This document shows, piece after piece, positions 11,133 to 22,912 of a stretch of 64,000 nt of DNA; the first letter of the stretch is position 1, and each line of letters opens with the position of its first letter. The notes under the pieces were generated by a model, which was given only the letters and a program-made list of their open reading frames with translations, was not told the DNA's origin and did no database searches. A program made the position numbers and the translations under genes. The DNA lies in the NCBI GenBank assembly GCA_965198115.1, contig OZ240241.1, forward strand, positions 5,504,001 to 5,568,000, written 5' to 3'. The stretch is from Candidatus Latescibacterota bacterium. Its GTDB lineage: Bacteria > Latescibacterota > UBA2968.

Positions 11133-13997
11133 CTACTGACACGCCTCGCAGTCTGGATCCGTCATATCGCAGACTGCGCCGGCCACCGTCACCCTCGGTC
11201 CCTCTTCCGTCTCCGGGGTTTGCTGTACCCCGTCGGCAATAATCTCTCTGGTGACCTGAATATCACTCGACGCGGAGCGGCTCTTCATCCATCGCGGTTG
11301 CAGACCCCGCTTGTTGACGTCTACCGTGGACTTCTCGATCTGCGTTGGCGCGACTGAACGCAGGTAGTAGGTCGTTTTCAAGCCACGTCGCCAGGCCAGC
11401 ATATACATATCGCTCAGGGCTTTCCCGCTCGGTTGGGCGATATAGAGATTCAACGACTGCCCCATATCCAGCCACTTTTGCCGCCTGCTGGCGCACTCGA
11501 TCAGCCAGATCGAATCGATTTCGAACGACGTTCTGTAGAGCGCTTTCATATCTGCGGGTATGCGATCGATCTCCTGCAACGACCCATCGTAATACTTCAG
11601 GTCCTCGAGCATCTGTTCGTCCCAAAGACCCAGTCGCTTGAGGTCGTCGACCATGTATTGATTGATGATCGTAAAATCGCCCGACAGATTCGCCTTCACG
11701 AACAGGTTTCGATAGGTCGGTTCGATCGACTGTGTCACCCCGGCTATATTTGAAATCGTCGCCGTCGGCGCGATAGCCATCACGTTGCTGTTTCGCATCC
11801 CGTGTTGTTTCACCGCCTCGCGAACGACCGTCCAGTCGAGAGCTGTCGAACGATCCACTTCTACGTTGCCGCCACGTTCCTCGGCAAGCAGATCGAGTGT
11901 ATCGATCGGCAAGTGCCCGCGGTCCCATTTGGAGTCTGCGTAGCTCGAGTAGGTCCCGCGCTCTTCCGCGAGCTCGGTCGAAGCCAGGATCGCGTGATAG
12001 GAGATGAACTCCATCGTCCGATCCGACAATTCGATCGCGCCATCCGACTCGTTGGGGACACGCAGCTTGTAGAGCATATCCTGGAAACCCATCAGACCCA
12101 ATCCGACCGGTCGGTGCCGCTCGTTGCTGTTCTTCGCCTCTGGCGTCGGGTAAAAATTGATGTCGATCACGTTGTCCAGCATCCGTAGCGCCGTATGGAT
12201 CGTGTCGGCCATCCGTTCGAAATCGATCCCCCCCGACCCCGTGTGTTCGCCCAGATTGACCGAACCTAGGTTACAGACCGCCGTCTCGTCCTCGCTCGTA
12301 TTCAGCAGAATCTCGGTGCACAAATTGGAGCTGTGGACGACGCCAACGTGGTCCTGTGGCGATCGAATGTTCGACGGATCCTTGAACGTGATCCAGGGGT
12401 GCCCCGTCTCGAACACCATCGACAACATCTTTCGCCACAGCTGCACGGCGTCCACCTGGCGGTATTGACGCAACTCACCAGCTTCCGCCCGCCGCTCGTA
12501 CTCGACGTATCGCGCTTCGAATGCCGATCCGTAGAGGTCGTGGAGGTCGGGTACTTCGTCGGGACTGAACAAGGTCCACGATCCGTTCTCTGCCACACGC
12601 TGCATAAACAGGTCGGGGATCCAGTTGGCCGTGTTCATATCGTGCGTGCGACGCCGTTCATCACCCGTGTTCTTCCTGAGCTCCAGGAAATCCTCGATAT
12701 CCAGGTGCCACGTCTCGAGATACGCACAGACGGCGCCTTTTCGTTTGCCGCCTTGGTTAACGGCAACAGCCGTGTCGTTGATCACCTTCAAAAAGGGAAC
12801 GACACCCTGACTCTTACCGTTCGTCCCCTCGATGTGCGCGTTCGTGGCACGCACGTTTGTCCAGTCGTTTCCGAGCCCACCCGCCCACTTGGACAAGCGC
12901 GCGTTGTCGGACACGACCTTGAAAATGTGGCCAAGATCATCTTGCGTCGTGGACAGATAGCACGAGCTGAGCTGAGGGTGGCGCGTACCCGAATTGAACA
13001 GCGTTGGCGTAGCAGAAACGAAGCGGAATGTCGAGAGTACTTCGTAGAATTCGATCGCCCGCTCGTTCATCTGCTCGCCTTCTTCGACAGCCAACCCCAT
13101 AGCCACGCGCATCCAAAAGAACTGTGGCGTTTCGATCCGGCGTTCCGAAACGTGAATCAGATAGCGATCGTAGATCGTTTGGAGGCCGAGATACCCGAAG
13201 GCGGCGTCCCGTTCGGGTTTGAGGGCGGACGACAGTAGGCCGATGTCGAAGTTCAGCAACCGGCCATCGAGCCGCTTGGCACGCACCCCGGCTTCTAGAT
13301 AGTCACTGAACCCTTCACGGCACGTCGATGCGACATCTTGTTGAGAAGGCTTTTGCCCCAGCGTGTGGCGATAGATGACGTTGAGTAGAAGACGGGCCGC
13401 CACCTTGCCGTAAGCCGGTTCGCTCTCGACTCGCTGACGAGCGGACAGGATCATCGCCCGCTCGATGTCCTCCGCCTTGATGTTGTCGTAAAGGGAACGG
13501 TAGACTTCCTCAAGCAAATCGCTGGGTTCACATTCGGTCAACCCTTCACAGGCAGAGAAAATCTCGACCCGAATACGTGTCGGATCGAGAGGTTCGTGCT
13601 TTCCGTCCGCCGTCAGAACGCGGAGTTTGGGTGCCTGCGGCGACGGGGCTTCACGCCCGCTCAGCACGCGGGCCTTCGTATGGGCCTCGCGATAGACGAT
13701 GTAGCGACGGGCAACGGAGTAGTGCTCCGCTCGCATCAGCTGGATTTCGACCTTATCCTGGACCCGCTCGACCTCGATCGTCTCACCCTCTCGGAGCGAA
13801 CCCTGTACATCCCCCACGACCGCGTTGGTGATGTCTGCAATTTCTGCTCTCACGGACGGGTCGAGGGCTACGCTCGTCGGCAACTCGGCGTCTGCACGAA
13901 ATGCCTTCTCGATGGCGCTTTCGATGCGATCACGATCGAATGGAACGGTACGCCCATCGCGCTTGCGCACGCTGACGCCCTGGGCGAGCTGAACCAT
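11133..13997 (-). CDS. nrdA: Ribonucleotide reductase alpha subunit, class I, two N-terminal ATP-cone-like domains
   Basis: VRKRDG ATP-cone, [24 protein letters not shown]-terminal CEACQ; RBS gggagg before ATG 13997. Confidence 0.96.
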   Translation of the reverse strand: MVQLAQGVSVRKRDGRTVPFDRDRIESAIEKAFRADAELPTSVALDPSVRAEIADITNAVVGDVQGSLREGETIEVERVQDKVEIQLMRAEHYSVARRYIVYREAHTKARVLSGREAPSPQAPKLRVLTADGKHEPLDPTRIRVEIFSACEGLTECEPSDLLEEVYRSLYDNIKAEDIERAMILSARQRVESEPAYGKVAARLLLNVIYRHTLGQKPSQQDVASTCREGFSDYLEAGVRAKRLDGRLLNFDIGLLSSALKPERDAAFGYLGLQTIYDRYLIHVSERRIETPQFFWMRVAMGLAVEEGEQMNERAIEFYEVLSTFRFVSATPTLFNSGTRHPQLSSCYLSTTQDDLGHIFKVVSDNARLSKWAGGLGNDWTNVRATNAHIEGTNGKSQGVVPFLKVINDTAVAVNQGGKRKGAVCAYLETWHLDIEDFLELRKNTGDERRRTHDMNTANWIPDLFMQRVAENGSWTLFSPDEVPDLHDLYGSAFEARYVEYERRAEAGELRQYRQVDAVQLWRKMLSMVFETGHPWITFKDPSNIRSPQDHVGVVHSSNLCTEILLNTSEDETAVCNLGSVNLGEHTGSGGIDFERMADTIHTALRMLDNVIDINFYPTPEAKNSNERHRPVGLGLMGFQDMLYKLRVPNESDGAIELSDRTMEFISYHAILASTELAEERGTYSSYADSKWDRGHLPIDTLDLLAEERGGNVEVDRSTALDWTVVREAVKQHGMRNSNVMAIAPTATISNIAGVTQSIEPTYRNLFVKANLSGDFTIINQYMVDDLKRLGLWDEQMLEDLKYYDGSLQEIDRIPADMKALYRTSFEIDSIWLIECASRRQKWLDMGQSLNLYIAQPSGKALSDMYMLAWRRGLKTTYYLRSVAPTQIEKSTVDVNKRGLQPRWMKSRSASSDIQVTREIIADGVQQTPETEEGPRVTVAGAVCDMTDPDCEACQ

Positions 13998-14294
13998 TGG
14001 GCCTGGCCTCCCTGTGGACTTAGAACGAACGTGGAGTCGACGCGTCAGACAGGGTGAACCCGAATGGAAAAGCTCGAGACCCATCGGACCGACGATCGAG
14101 TAGAGTATGGGGATCGCGTTTTGAACCGTCTCAGGGAGAGGGGAAAGCAGCGAGGAAACTGCAAAATCAACCTGAAATTATGTGGTTCTGGATGGTGCAA
14201 ATTCCGGCTCGGGGAAGCCGAAAACGCGCACACTGAGGAAGTGTGCGAACAACGCCAGAATAAGGTGACGACCGTCACCTGTATCTTGAGCGCT

Positions 14295-14342
14295 CCACAA
14301 TATATTGTGGTTTCTGCCTAAAGTCAACCCCAAATGTTGCAG
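14295..14342. promoter_or_regulatory. Tandem NrdR boxes
   Basis: Perfect palindrome ccacaatatattgtgg at 14295-14310 and a degenerate box acccCaaatgttgcag at 14327-14342, 32 bp apart, upstream of nrdA; a weaker third site at 14276-14291. Confidence 0.85.
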
Positions 14343-14525
14343 TCCGGCTACAACCGCTAACTGACTGCGTCACAACGAAATCGATCGAAATCGGACGAAT
14401 TGCGGTCTCCGGAATCCGGATAATATGGCGCAAAACACCAACTCTGCGAAGAGCCCCGCAGAATCGATTTTCGCTTTCATTCCAAGCGTCGATTTTGTTT
14501 ATTGCGCGCGCGGAAAACCGATCCA

Positions 14526-15548
14526 ATGACCGATCTCCGTAACATTCCCACGAACCTATTCACCGGGCTCCTCGGGGTCGGCAAAACGACCTCCATCCTC
14601 GACGCGATCGCCCGAAAACCCGGAAAAGATCGGTGGGCGATCCTCGTCAACGAATTCGGGGATGTTCCGATCGATCAGGCCGCATTCGAGGCTCACGGTA
14701 ACGAAACGATCGCAATCAAGGAAGTCGCTGGCGGATGTCTATGCTGCACCGCGGGTCTACCGCTCCAGGTCGCTCTCACGCTTCTTCTTCGTGAGGCGAA
14801 ACCCGATCGACTCTTGATCGAAATGTCAGGGATGGGTCATCCAGGATACGTGCTCCGGTCGATCCGCGACGGCCGATTCGAGGGAGTCCTCGATCTGAAG
14901 GCCACGATCGGCCTCGTCGATCCCCGGGATTACGAAGATCCTGGAATTCGGGACACACAGACCTTCCAGGATCAGTCTCATCTTGCCGATGTCCTCGTCG
15001 TGACCAAAACCGACCTCTGCGACTCGGATTTAGTTGCAGAATGCACACGTTGGGCCAAAGCACTGTTCCCTCCGAAACGGATCGTCGTCAACACCGAACG
15101 TGGCCGCATCGAGCCCGAGTGGCTGGACCTCGATCCACGTGCCGCGCAGGTCCCGCTCTTTCACGCTTCGCACGAAGAAGCGCGGGACCACCACCACCAC
15201 GCCCCTTCCGAAGCGATCACGATCGGCGTCGGACGGCCTCACCGGGCGGAAAATCACGGGTTCGATCACTACGCTTGCGGCTGGATCTTCGACCCGGAAG
15301 AGATCTTCGACGAGGATCTGCTACTCGAATGTCTGGCGGACGACGACGACATCGTACGGATCAAAGGCGTGTTCCGAATCGGCGGTGACTGGATTCTTCT
15401 GAACCGAACAGGTGAAGAAATCGAAACACGTCGCAACGCCTACTGCCTTGACAGCCGGATCGAAGTCATCACACGAAGCAGCAACCCCGATTGGGATCGA
15501 TTGGAACACGAGCTCCTCGCCTGTCGACTTCGGAACCTCGTTCCTTGA
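14526..15548 (+). CDS. COG0523 (CobW/YjiA/ZigA-like) metal-dependent GTPase
   Basis: GLLGVGKT, VNEFG, GGCLCC, IEMSG, TKTD, His-rich linker HHHH, RIKGVF. Confidence 0.92.
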   Translation: MTDLRNIPTNLFTGLLGVGKTTSILDAIARKPGKDRWAILVNEFGDVPIDQAAFEAHGNETIAIKEVAGGCLCCTAGLPLQVALTLLLREAKPDRLLIEMSGMGHPGYVLRSIRDGRFEGVLDLKATIGLVDPRDYEDPGIRDTQTFQDQSHLADVLVVTKTDLCDSDLVAECTRWAKALFPPKRIVVNTERGRIEPEWLDLDPRAAQVPLFHASHEEARDHHHHAPSEAITIGVGRPHRAENHGFDHYACGWIFDPEEIFDEDLLLECLADDDDIVRIKGVFRIGGDWILLNRTGEEIETRRNAYCLDSRIEVITRSSNPDWDRLEHELLACRLRNLVP

Positions 15549-15820
15549 AGAGCCACCCACTCATCCAACTGCCGACCGTAGTCATCCGAGCACTCGTCGT
15601 CGGCTATCGTGCACTGCTTTCCCCGTTCCTGCACACCCTGATGCCGGGTTTTGGCTGTCGGTTCCACCCGACCTGCTCCGAATACGCGCTCCAGAGCCTG
15701 AACGCACACGGGCTCATCCGGGGAGGACGACTCGTGATCTGGAGACTCGCAAAGTGCCACCCGTTTCATCCAGGCGGATGCGATCCCGTTCCTCCGCCAG
15801 CGACTGAACTGAAAACCTGA
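15545..15820 (+). CDS. yidD: Membrane protein insertion efficiency factor
   Basis: [11 protein letters not shown]...[14 protein letters not shown]; start codon uncertain. Confidence 0.9.
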   Translation: MKSHPLIQLPTVVIRALVVGYRALLSPFLHTLMPGFGCRFHPTCSEYALQSLNAHGLIRGGRLVIWRLAKCHPFHPGGCDPVPPPATELKT

Positions 15821-17349
15821 TGGACATTCGATTCTACAACACGTTGACCAACGTGGAGCAGACGTTCGCGCCTCTGGAACCGCCCGATGTAAGGATCTAC
15901 TCTTGCGGCCCGACCGTCTACGACTTCTCCCACGTCGGCAATTTCCGCTCCTTCCTGTTCGCTGACCTGCTCAACCGGTTTCTCACCGCGGCTGGCTACA
16001 ACGTGATTCACGCGATGAATCTGACCGACGTGGGACACATGACCGAGGACGATGTCGCTGACGCCAGCGGGGAAGACAAGATGGCCGTGGCGTCCCGGCG
16101 CCTGAAAGAGGCAAAGAGAGCAGGCACGCTCGAACCCGGCGCTGTAGAGGATCCCGACAATCCATTCGAGGTGGCGCGCTACTACACCAGAGCCTTCATC
16201 GAAGACGCCAAAACGGTTGGAATGAAGCTGGCCTGGGATTACCCCGGGAAAGTCGTGCACGCAACCGACCACATTCCGGAGATGCAGGAACTCATCCAAA
16301 AGCTCATCGGCAGCGGGCACGCATACGTCGCGGATGACGGCGTTGTCTACTACCACGTCGAAAGCTATCCCGAATATGGGCGTCTCAGCGGCAACGACAT
16401 CGCGAACCTCAAGGAAGGCGAGGGGGGGCGAATCTCCGAGAAGCATCAGGCTCAAAAGAAACATCCCGCCGATTTCTTCCTGTGGAAACCCGACGCACAC
16501 CACATCATGAAATGGGACTCACCGTGGGGAGAAGGCTACCCCGGATGGCACGTCGAGTGTTCGGCGATGGCCATGAAGGTGCTTGAGCGTGAAGTCATCG
16601 ACATCCACACCGGCGGCGAAGACAACATCTTTCCCCACCACGAGTGCGAGATCGCCCAGTCTTGTGGTGCAACGGGACACGAGGAGTTTGCGCGGGTGTG
16701 GATGCACCCTCGCCACCTGTTCGTCGAAGGTGGAAAGATGTCCAAGAGCGAGGGCACTTTCTACACAGTCGGCGATGTCCTCGAAGGCAAAGTCACGGGA
16801 CGTCCCGTCGATCCCGGCGTTCTCCGTTTCGAGCTGATCAAAACCCACTATCGAGCGAACTTGAACTTCACCGAGAAGGGGCTTCACGACTCCGCGAACA
16901 CGGTTCGGCGACTCCGCGAGTTTCGCCAGGGTCTGGAGGCGGGGGGCGACGGCCGTCCAGCGCAGATCGATGGCTCGCATCCCGTCGTGGCTGAGTTTCT
17001 TGGTGCACTGAGCGAAGACCTGAATATCAGCGCTGCCATGGCCGTGGTGTTCGAATGGATGTCGCAACCTGTCGGGGATCCGGTCGAGTCATTGGGCGTC
17101 TTCGAAATCGTGAACAACATTCTGAATGTCGGGCCCGTGAGGGATGGAGCCGGACGGGAGATCGAATCGCTTGCGGACGGAGGCGACACAGGCGAACTTG
17201 ACCCCGAAGCGCTTTGCCGCGGGATCGACGAAGCGAGAGCATCGAAGGACTATGCTACGGCGGATGCGCTTCGTGATGAGCTCGTATCGAACGGCTACGA
17301 AGTCAGAACGACCCCGGAGGGGACGGTTGCCAGGCGGATGCTCGCCTGA
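15820..17349 (+). CDS. cysS: Cysteine--tRNA ligase
   Basis: [34 protein letters not shown]. Confidence 0.97.
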   Translation: MDIRFYNTLTNVEQTFAPLEPPDVRIYSCGPTVYDFSHVGNFRSFLFADLLNRFLTAAGYNVIHAMNLTDVGHMTEDDVADASGEDKMAVASRRLKEAKRAGTLEPGAVEDPDNPFEVARYYTRAFIEDAKTVGMKLAWDYPGKVVHATDHIPEMQELIQKLIGSGHAYVADDGVVYYHVESYPEYGRLSGNDIANLKEGEGGRISEKHQAQKKHPADFFLWKPDAHHIMKWDSPWGEGYPGWHVECSAMAMKVLEREVIDIHTGGEDNIFPHHECEIAQSCGATGHEEFARVWMHPRHLFVEGGKMSKSEGTFYTVGDVLEGKVTGRPVDPGVLRFELIKTHYRANLNFTEKGLHDSANTVRRLREFRQGLEAGGDGRPAQIDGSHPVVAEFLGALSEDLNISAAMAVVFEWMSQPVGDPVESLGVFEIVNNILNVGPVRDGAGREIESLADGGDTGELDPEALCRGIDEARASKDYATADALRDELVSNGYEVRTTPEGTVARRMLA

Positions 17350-17385
17350 GCAATCCAGCTGATCGGGATAGACGTACCAGGGAGG

Positions 17386-18352
17386 GTGTTGAAGCGAAAT
17401 AAATCGCCAGATGGAGTCTATACCATTCTCGCCGTGCCACATCCTGGTGGTCAGAGACGAGAATGGGTCATCAGTGCACCGCTCCTGCGCGGCACCAAGC
17501 TGGGCGTGCTCGGCATCGTGATCGCAACCTTCCTCCTGGCCGTCAACTACCATATTAGCGCACTCAACGGGATCAGAACTGAAAAACTGCGGCTCGAAAA
17601 CCCGTCTGAGTCACGCACTCGCTACGGTTCAGGACCGGCTGTTCGAAGCGAACGAAAATCTCGAGCACCTGTCCGATGCCGACCGCAAATTGCGGGTCTG
17701 GGCGGAAATTCAGGACGTCGACAGCGATACACGACAGTTGGGTGTAGGTGGAGGTGAAAGTCCCTCGCCGGCCTGGGCCGGCAAGGTAGAGGACCGAACA
17801 GCGGAAGCGCTTCGATCCGCGTACGTCGACCTCGACCGTCTGAACCGAAGGTCAAGGTTCCTGGCCGACAGTTTCAGTCAGATCGAGGCCGCCCTCACAC
17901 GCAACGCCGTCGTGCGGGACCATACACCCTCGATCCTCCCGATTCCGACCCACGTCGATCACTGGATCTCCTCGCGCTACGGCTACCGCAACGATCCCTA
18001 CACCGGACGTCGCGAGTTTCACAACGGTATCGACATCGCCGGCCATCGAGGCACGCCCATCGTTGCAACGGCCGACGGCCTAGTCGAGAAAATCCAAAGA
18101 GACCGCCGCATCGGCTTCTACATCGCGCTCGACCACGGACACGGCATGCGTACGATCTACGGGCACCTTCAGAGTCGCCCTGACCTCCGAGTGGGCCAAC
18201 GCGTCGAGCGAGGAGAAGAAATCGGTAAAATGGGGAACTCGGGTCGATCGACGGGCCCGCACATCCACTACGCCGTCTACCAGGGCGGCCGCACGAAGAA
18301 CCCTACTTCCTTCATCTTCAACCGCGGCATCGACCTCGCCTCCAGATATTGA
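17386..18352 (+). pseudogene. M23 family metallopeptidase with N-terminal TM and coiled coil, frameshifted near 17600
   Basis: HNGIDIA, YGHL, GNSGRSTGPHIHY in ORF 17690; N-terminal TM in ORF 17386; the frames join at aaaacccgtc. Confidence 0.82.
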
Positions 18353-18373
18353 TCGTGCGGGACCCGATTTGAT

Positions 18374-18412
18374 AACGAAGAGGGCGGCTCATCACGAGCC
18401 GCCCTCTTCGTT
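18374..18412. terminator. 17-bp-stem hairpin terminator
   Basis: aacgaagagggcggctc-atcac-gagccgccctcttcgtt perfect stem. Confidence 0.75.
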
Positions 18413-18468
18413 CCCCTATTGGTCTACAATTATGACTTTGCCGCCGTATGAGTGGACGGTTTTCGCTT

Positions 18469-18505
18469 TTGCCAGAGGCCCCCGTGATACGTATATTATA
18501 CGTAT
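18469..18505 (+). promoter_or_regulatory. Sigma70-type promoter with overlapping palindromic operator of the TA operon
   Basis: ttgcca (18469) - 17 bp - tatatt (18492); inverted repeat atacgtata-t-tatacgtat at 18487-18505. Confidence 0.7.
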
Positions 18506-18529
18506 TCATCACGTGTAACGGAGGCTGCT

Positions 18530-18760
18530 ATGCAGAAGAAGCTCACAATCACCATCGGCGAAGACCTCTACCATGCGCTACACCGAACTATCGGTCGGGG
18601 CAAGATCAGTCGATTCATTGAGGATCTTCTGAGACCGCACGTGCTGCACAAGGCGTTGGACTCGGCTTACGCCGAGATGGGTGCAGATCGCGCCAGGGAG
18701 GAAGAAGCATTCTACTGGGCCGAGGGAACAATCGGAGACGCACTCGATGAATCGGGGTGA
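18530..18760 (+). CDS. Type II antitoxin (RHH-like)
   Basis: MQKKLTITI...[13 protein letters not shown]...[14 protein letters not shown]; overlaps the toxin start. Confidence 0.8.
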   Translation: MQKKLTITIGEDLYHALHRTIGRGKISRFIEDLLRPHVLHKALDSAYAEMGADRAREEEAFYWAEGTIGDALDESG

Positions 18761-19091
18761 AATCTGGTGGGTCAATTTCGATCCTTCGGTCGGTGGCGAA
18801 ACCCGAAAGCGTCGTCCAGCCATCATCGTCAGCAACGACGCATCGAACCGACACCTGAATCGCCTCCAAGTCGTTCCACTGACCTCGAACGTTTCCCGAC
18901 TTTTCCCGAGTGAGGCCTTCGTCACGCTCCGTGGCCGAGCGACAAAGGCAATGGCTGATCAGCTGGCCACGGTAAGCAAGCGCCGTGTATCAGATCGAGT
19001 CGACGTTCTGGACCAGAACGAAATGCGGGGAGTGGAAAGAGCGATCAGAATACAACTCGGACTCGCCGCCTTTGAGGAAACTGTCGAGTAA
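18747..19091 (+). CDS. PemK/MazF family endoribonuclease toxin
   Basis: [31 protein letters not shown]...VVPLTS...[11 protein letters not shown]. Confidence 0.93.
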   Translation: MNRGEIWWVNFDPSVGGETRKRRPAIIVSNDASNRHLNRLQVVPLTSNVSRLFPSEAFVTLRGRATKAMADQLATVSKRRVSDRVDVLDQNEMRGVERAIRIQLGLAAFEETVE

Positions 19092-19240
19092 ATACGAAAG
19101 GGGCGACTCAACCAAATGAGCCGCCCGTGCACCACTTTCGATTTTGCAACGTCCGTCCTGCGTATCTGCCTATTCCCCGTAGGGCCTCGCTGTGACGACC
19201 AACCGCCGCCCCCGTGCTCTCCGTGGTTCAGCCTCTTCCT

Positions 19241-20227
19241 TCACCCCCGGAGGGCCGTCGCAGCCTCCCTCGAGAAATACGTCAGAATCATGTCTGCTCC
19301 CGCCCGTTTGATCGCCGTCAGCACCTCGAACATCGCCGTCTCGCGATCGACCCAACCCTTCTCGGCCGCTGCCAGGATCATCCCGTACTCTCCTGACACG
19401 TTGTAGGCGGCGATCGGCACGTCGAACACCTCCTTCGCGCGTGCGATCACATCGAGATACGCCAGCGCGGGTTTCACCATCACCACATCGGCCCCCTCAT
19501 CGATGTCGAGCGAGATCTCCTTGATCGCTTCGTCGACGTTGGCCGGATCCATCTGATACGTCTTCTTGTCCTTCGGCACATCTTCCCGCTCCCGCGGGGC
19601 CGACTTTAGCGCACCGCGAAACGGGCCGTAGAAACAGGATGCATACTTCGCCGAATAGGCCAGGATGCCGACCTGATCGAACCCGTCGTCGTCCAGTGCC
19701 ACCCGAATGGCCCCGATCCGTCCGTCCATCATATCCGACGGCGCGACCCAGTCGACACCAGCTTCAGCGTGCGAGAGGGCCATCTTCGTCAACACCTCGA
19801 CCGACGCATCGTTCGCGATTTCGCCCTCTATCAAGACCCCGTCGTGGCCGTGATCGGTGTAGGGATCGAGAGCCACATCGGTCTGAACGCAGACCTCGGG
19901 CATTTCCTGCTTCAGCTTCCGGATTGCCCGCTGGATCAGTCCGTCCTGGCGATACGACGCCGAACCTTCCGGATCCTTTTCCTCGGAATAGCCGAACAGA
20001 TTGATCGCCGGTACACCCAATTTGTGAAGTGCCATCGACTCCTTCACCAGCTCATCGATCGACAGTCGAAACTGACCGGGCATCGAATCAATCGGTTCTC
20101 GAATTCCCTCACCGTCGATCACAAACATCGGCTGGATGAAGTCACCCGAATGCAACTGTGTCTCGCGAGCGAGCGTACGAATGGCCTCGGTGCGACGTAG
20201 GCGGCGAGGTCTGTGTGTCAGGTCCAA
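19241..20227 (-). CDS. hemB: Porphobilinogen synthase, Asp-rich (Zn-independent type) active site
   Basis: RPRRLR, DVALDPYTDHGHDG, APSDMMDGR, FYGPFR, VMVKP, AYNVSGEY. Confidence 0.97.
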   Translation of the reverse strand: MDLTHRPRRLRRTEAIRTLARETQLHSGDFIQPMFVIDGEGIREPIDSMPGQFRLSIDELVKESMALHKLGVPAINLFGYSEEKDPEGSASYRQDGLIQRAIRKLKQEMPEVCVQTDVALDPYTDHGHDGVLIEGEIANDASVEVLTKMALSHAEAGVDWVAPSDMMDGRIGAIRVALDDDGFDQVGILAYSAKYASCFYGPFRGALKSAPREREDVPKDKKTYQMDPANVDEAIKEISLDIDEGADVVMVKPALAYLDVIARAKEVFDVPIAAYNVSGEYGMILAAAEKGWVDRETAMFEVLTAIKRAGADMILTYFSREAATALRG

Positions 20228-20303
20228 ACCGGCCCCCGGGTTGAAGTTGAGCGAGAAGTCACTATGTTAAGAGCCCCATCTCGACAATCGAAACGGAACT
20301 CAC

Positions 20304-20714
20304 GTGACAATCGATCGCATCATTGAAAATTTCGAGATTCTGGGCGACTGGGAAGAAAAATACCGCTACGTCATCGACCTCGGTCGCAAACTGCCTGGCC
20401 TCGACGAGCGCCATAAAACCGAAGTAAACCGAGTCAAAGGATGTGTCAGTAACGTTTGGCTTCTCACGCGTGTGAACGACGACAGCCCACCTCGTCTGGA
20501 GTTCGAAGCCGACAGCGACGCCCATATTGTCCGCGGTCTCGTCGCCATCCTCCTCACCATCTTCTCAGGCAGAACGCCTTCCGAAATTGTCGACACCGAC
20601 GTGCGCGCTATTTTCGAACAACTGGACTTGGAAAAGCACCTCAGCCCGAGCCGCAGCAACGGCTTCTTCTCCATGGTCGAGCGCATCCAAACCCTCGCCA
20701 AAGCGGCCGCCTAG
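20304..20714 (+). CDS. sufE: SufE family sulfur acceptor
   Basis: DWEEKYRYVIDLG, VKGCVSNVW, ADSDAHIVRGL, HLSPSRSNG. Confidence 0.93.
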   Translation: MTIDRIIENFEILGDWEEKYRYVIDLGRKLPGLDERHKTEVNRVKGCVSNVWLLTRVNDDSPPRLEFEADSDAHIVRGLVAILLTIFSGRTPSEIVDTDVRAIFEQLDLEKHLSPSRSNGFFSMVERIQTLAKAAA

Positions 20715-20848
20715 AGAGAACCCCGTGGTCCGTCGTCGGCCCACATTGCGTCCCACTCAACGCCGGCCCAACATACCGCTCACCGCCTACTGCCCACGAA
20801 TTCAAGCCCTGCTCTTTCCCGAAGCGGAGCCTTCCTCCTAAGCTCGTG

Positions 20849-21694
20849 TCAGGGAACCGAACTCCCCGCCTCTTGAGCCCGCTTGGGATGCATCACCGAA
20901 CCTCGCTCGCCCCGTTCGATCTTGGCGAAGGCATCGTGATTGTGGATGCTTTCAAAGTTGTTGATCTGGACGTTGAACCACTTGATGCGCTCCAGGTTCA
21001 GCAGCTCTGCAAGATCGACGGAGACGTCTCGAACAATGTCTTCGACGAACTTGGGATTGTCGTAGGCCGATTCGGTCACGTGCTTCTCATCGGGCCGCTT
21101 TAGCACGGGATAGAGGGCAGAGGATCCGTTGCGCTCGGCGATGTCGATCAAGTCTTCGAACCAGAGGAAAGTGTCGTCGCTCGGACGAACGTCCATCTTG
21201 ACTTCGGACCTTTGATTGTGCGCGCCACGGTCGCTGATCTCTTTACTGCACGGACACAGACTTGTGACGTTTGCCCTGATTCCGATGACCTTGTCGTGCT
21301 GTCCGTCACGGGTGTGCATCGCTCGCAGGTGGCAATTGAAATCCAAAAGCCCTTTCTCTCCGGTTACCGGGGCGGATCGTTCGAGGAAGATCGGGAAGGT
21401 CAGGTCGACGAAGGCCTCCTCGGCTCCCAATCGCTTGAGCAGCTCTTCCAGGATCAGATGAACGGATTCGGGATGAAAGTGATGGTTTCGCTCGTTGAGC
21501 GCGATCATGAAACGGGACATGTGCGCGCCCTTCTGGTAGTGCGGAAGACTCACCGTCATCGACACGTCCGCCACCGTGTGGAAAGTGCCCCCATTCCGGA
21601 GCGGGAGGGTCAGCGGATAACGGACGTTGGAAGCGCCGACCTGGTCGATCTCGATCCCCCGGTCATCGGGGAGTTGCTGTATGTCGCGTAACAT
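20849..21694 (-). CDS. folE2: GTP cyclohydrolase IB
   Basis: KGAHMSRF, TSLCPCSKEISDRGAHNQRS, KRPDEK, NPKFVED, ESIHNHDA. Confidence 0.96.
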   Translation of the reverse strand: MLRDIQQLPDDRGIEIDQVGASNVRYPLTLPLRNGGTFHTVADVSMTVSLPHYQKGAHMSRFMIALNERNHHFHPESVHLILEELLKRLGAEEAFVDLTFPIFLERSAPVTGEKGLLDFNCHLRAMHTRDGQHDKVIGIRANVTSLCPCSKEISDRGAHNQRSEVKMDVRPSDDTFLWFEDLIDIAERNGSSALYPVLKRPDEKHVTESAYDNPKFVEDIVRDVSVDLAELLNLERIKWFNVQINNFESIHNHDAFAKIERGERGSVMHPKRAQEAGSSVP

Positions 21695-21786
21695 TCGTAT
21701 TCCTGACTGGATAAAAAGCGGATGGGAGCCGATCGGCAACTAGGTTATCATAACCCGCCAACGCCGTCAATACCCATCGGGAAAAC

Positions 21787-22587
21787 ATGCTCTGGAACAT
21801 CGACCCCGAAGTCTTTTCGCTCGGACCGCTGTCCATCCGCTACTACGGGCTCCTGTTCGCGGCCGCCTTTTTGGTGGGATTCGTCATTATCAGGCGGATC
21901 TACGAGAAGGAAGGAAAACCCGAAAAAGACCTGGACAGCCTCCTGACCCATATGATGGTTGGAACGGTCGCAGGCGCCCGCCTGGGCCATTGCCTCTTTT
22001 ACGATCCGGGCTACTATCTGACCCACCCGATCGAAATCCTGAAGGTGTGGGAGGGGGGACTGGCCAGTCACGGCGGCGCGCTCGGTATCTTCACGGCACT
22101 TTACATCTACACGAAAAAGCATCCCGACCAGCCGTATCTGTGGATCCTGGATCGGATGGTCATCGTCATCGCTCTGGCAGGTCTTTTCATTCGCACAGGC
22201 AACTTCCTCAATTCCGAAATTATAGGGCTTTCCACGAACGTTCCGTGGGCGGTCGTGTTCGAACGGGTCGATGCGGTCCCGCGCCATCCCGCCCAGCTCT
22301 ACGAAGCGATCGCCTACGGCTCCATCTCAGCGGGCCTCTACGCCACCTACGCTCGATTCCGTGCGGCCACACCAGCCGGGCTGCTGCTCGGCCTCTTTCT
22401 TGTAATGGTCTTCGCGTTTCGGTTCTTCATCGAGTTCCTCAAAGAGCGCCAGGCTGCCTATGGAACAGACCTTGCGCTTAGCGTCGGCCAACTCCTCAGC
22501 ATACCCCTCGTGCTGTTGGGAGTCCTACTTCTCATTCTGGCGCTGAAATCTTTACAACCTCCTGATTCTCAAGAAGATATGCGATAA
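21787..22587 (+). CDS. lgt: Prolipoprotein diacylglyceryl transferase
   Basis: [39 protein letters not shown]. Confidence 0.96.
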   Translation: MLWNIDPEVFSLGPLSIRYYGLLFAAAFLVGFVIIRRIYEKEGKPEKDLDSLLTHMMVGTVAGARLGHCLFYDPGYYLTHPIEILKVWEGGLASHGGALGIFTALYIYTKKHPDQPYLWILDRMVIVIALAGLFIRTGNFLNSEIIGLSTNVPWAVVFERVDAVPRHPAQLYEAIAYGSISAGLYATYARFRAATPAGLLLGLFLVMVFAFRFFIEFLKERQAAYGTDLALSVGQLLSIPLVLLGVLLLILALKSLQPPDSQEDMR

Positions 22588-22678
22588 TCATTGCGACCGG
22601 ATTCGGATTCCTGTAACTTCTTTCTGCTTCAAATCAGACCTCTATCAGTGTGAACAGTGGAACATCAGGAGGCCGTCA

Positions 22679-22843
22679 ATGGCCAAAGGCAGGGGAAATC
22701 GCGTACGGGTCACACTCAAAAGCACAGAGAGCGGCCACGCTTACCACACCTTCAAAAATCGACAGAATAATCCCGAGCGAATCGAAATCAAAAAATTTGA
22801 TCCGGTTGTGAGGAAGCACGTCCTCTATCGCGAAGACCGATAG
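22679..22843 (+). CDS. rpmG: 50S ribosomal protein L33, cysteine-free (C-) form; below the ORF-track size cutoff
   Basis: Hand translation [54 protein letters not shown]; RBS aggagg. Confidence 0.95.
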   Translation: MAKGRGNRVRVTLKSTESGHAYHTFKNRQNNPERIEIKKFDPVVRKHVLYREDR

Positions 22844-22912
22844 GCTGTGCGGCTATGGCCGCGCGGCAGTTGTCAGTGTTCGGACGGCCGCAACACCTGC
22901 AATTGGCACTAA

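Noticed and set aside
14130-14225. Cobalamin riboswitch (ggtgcaaattccg and gggaag resemble its motifs)
   Set aside because: It is on the wrong strand for nrdA, and the gcccc/actgt, gccactg and B12-box elements were not found.
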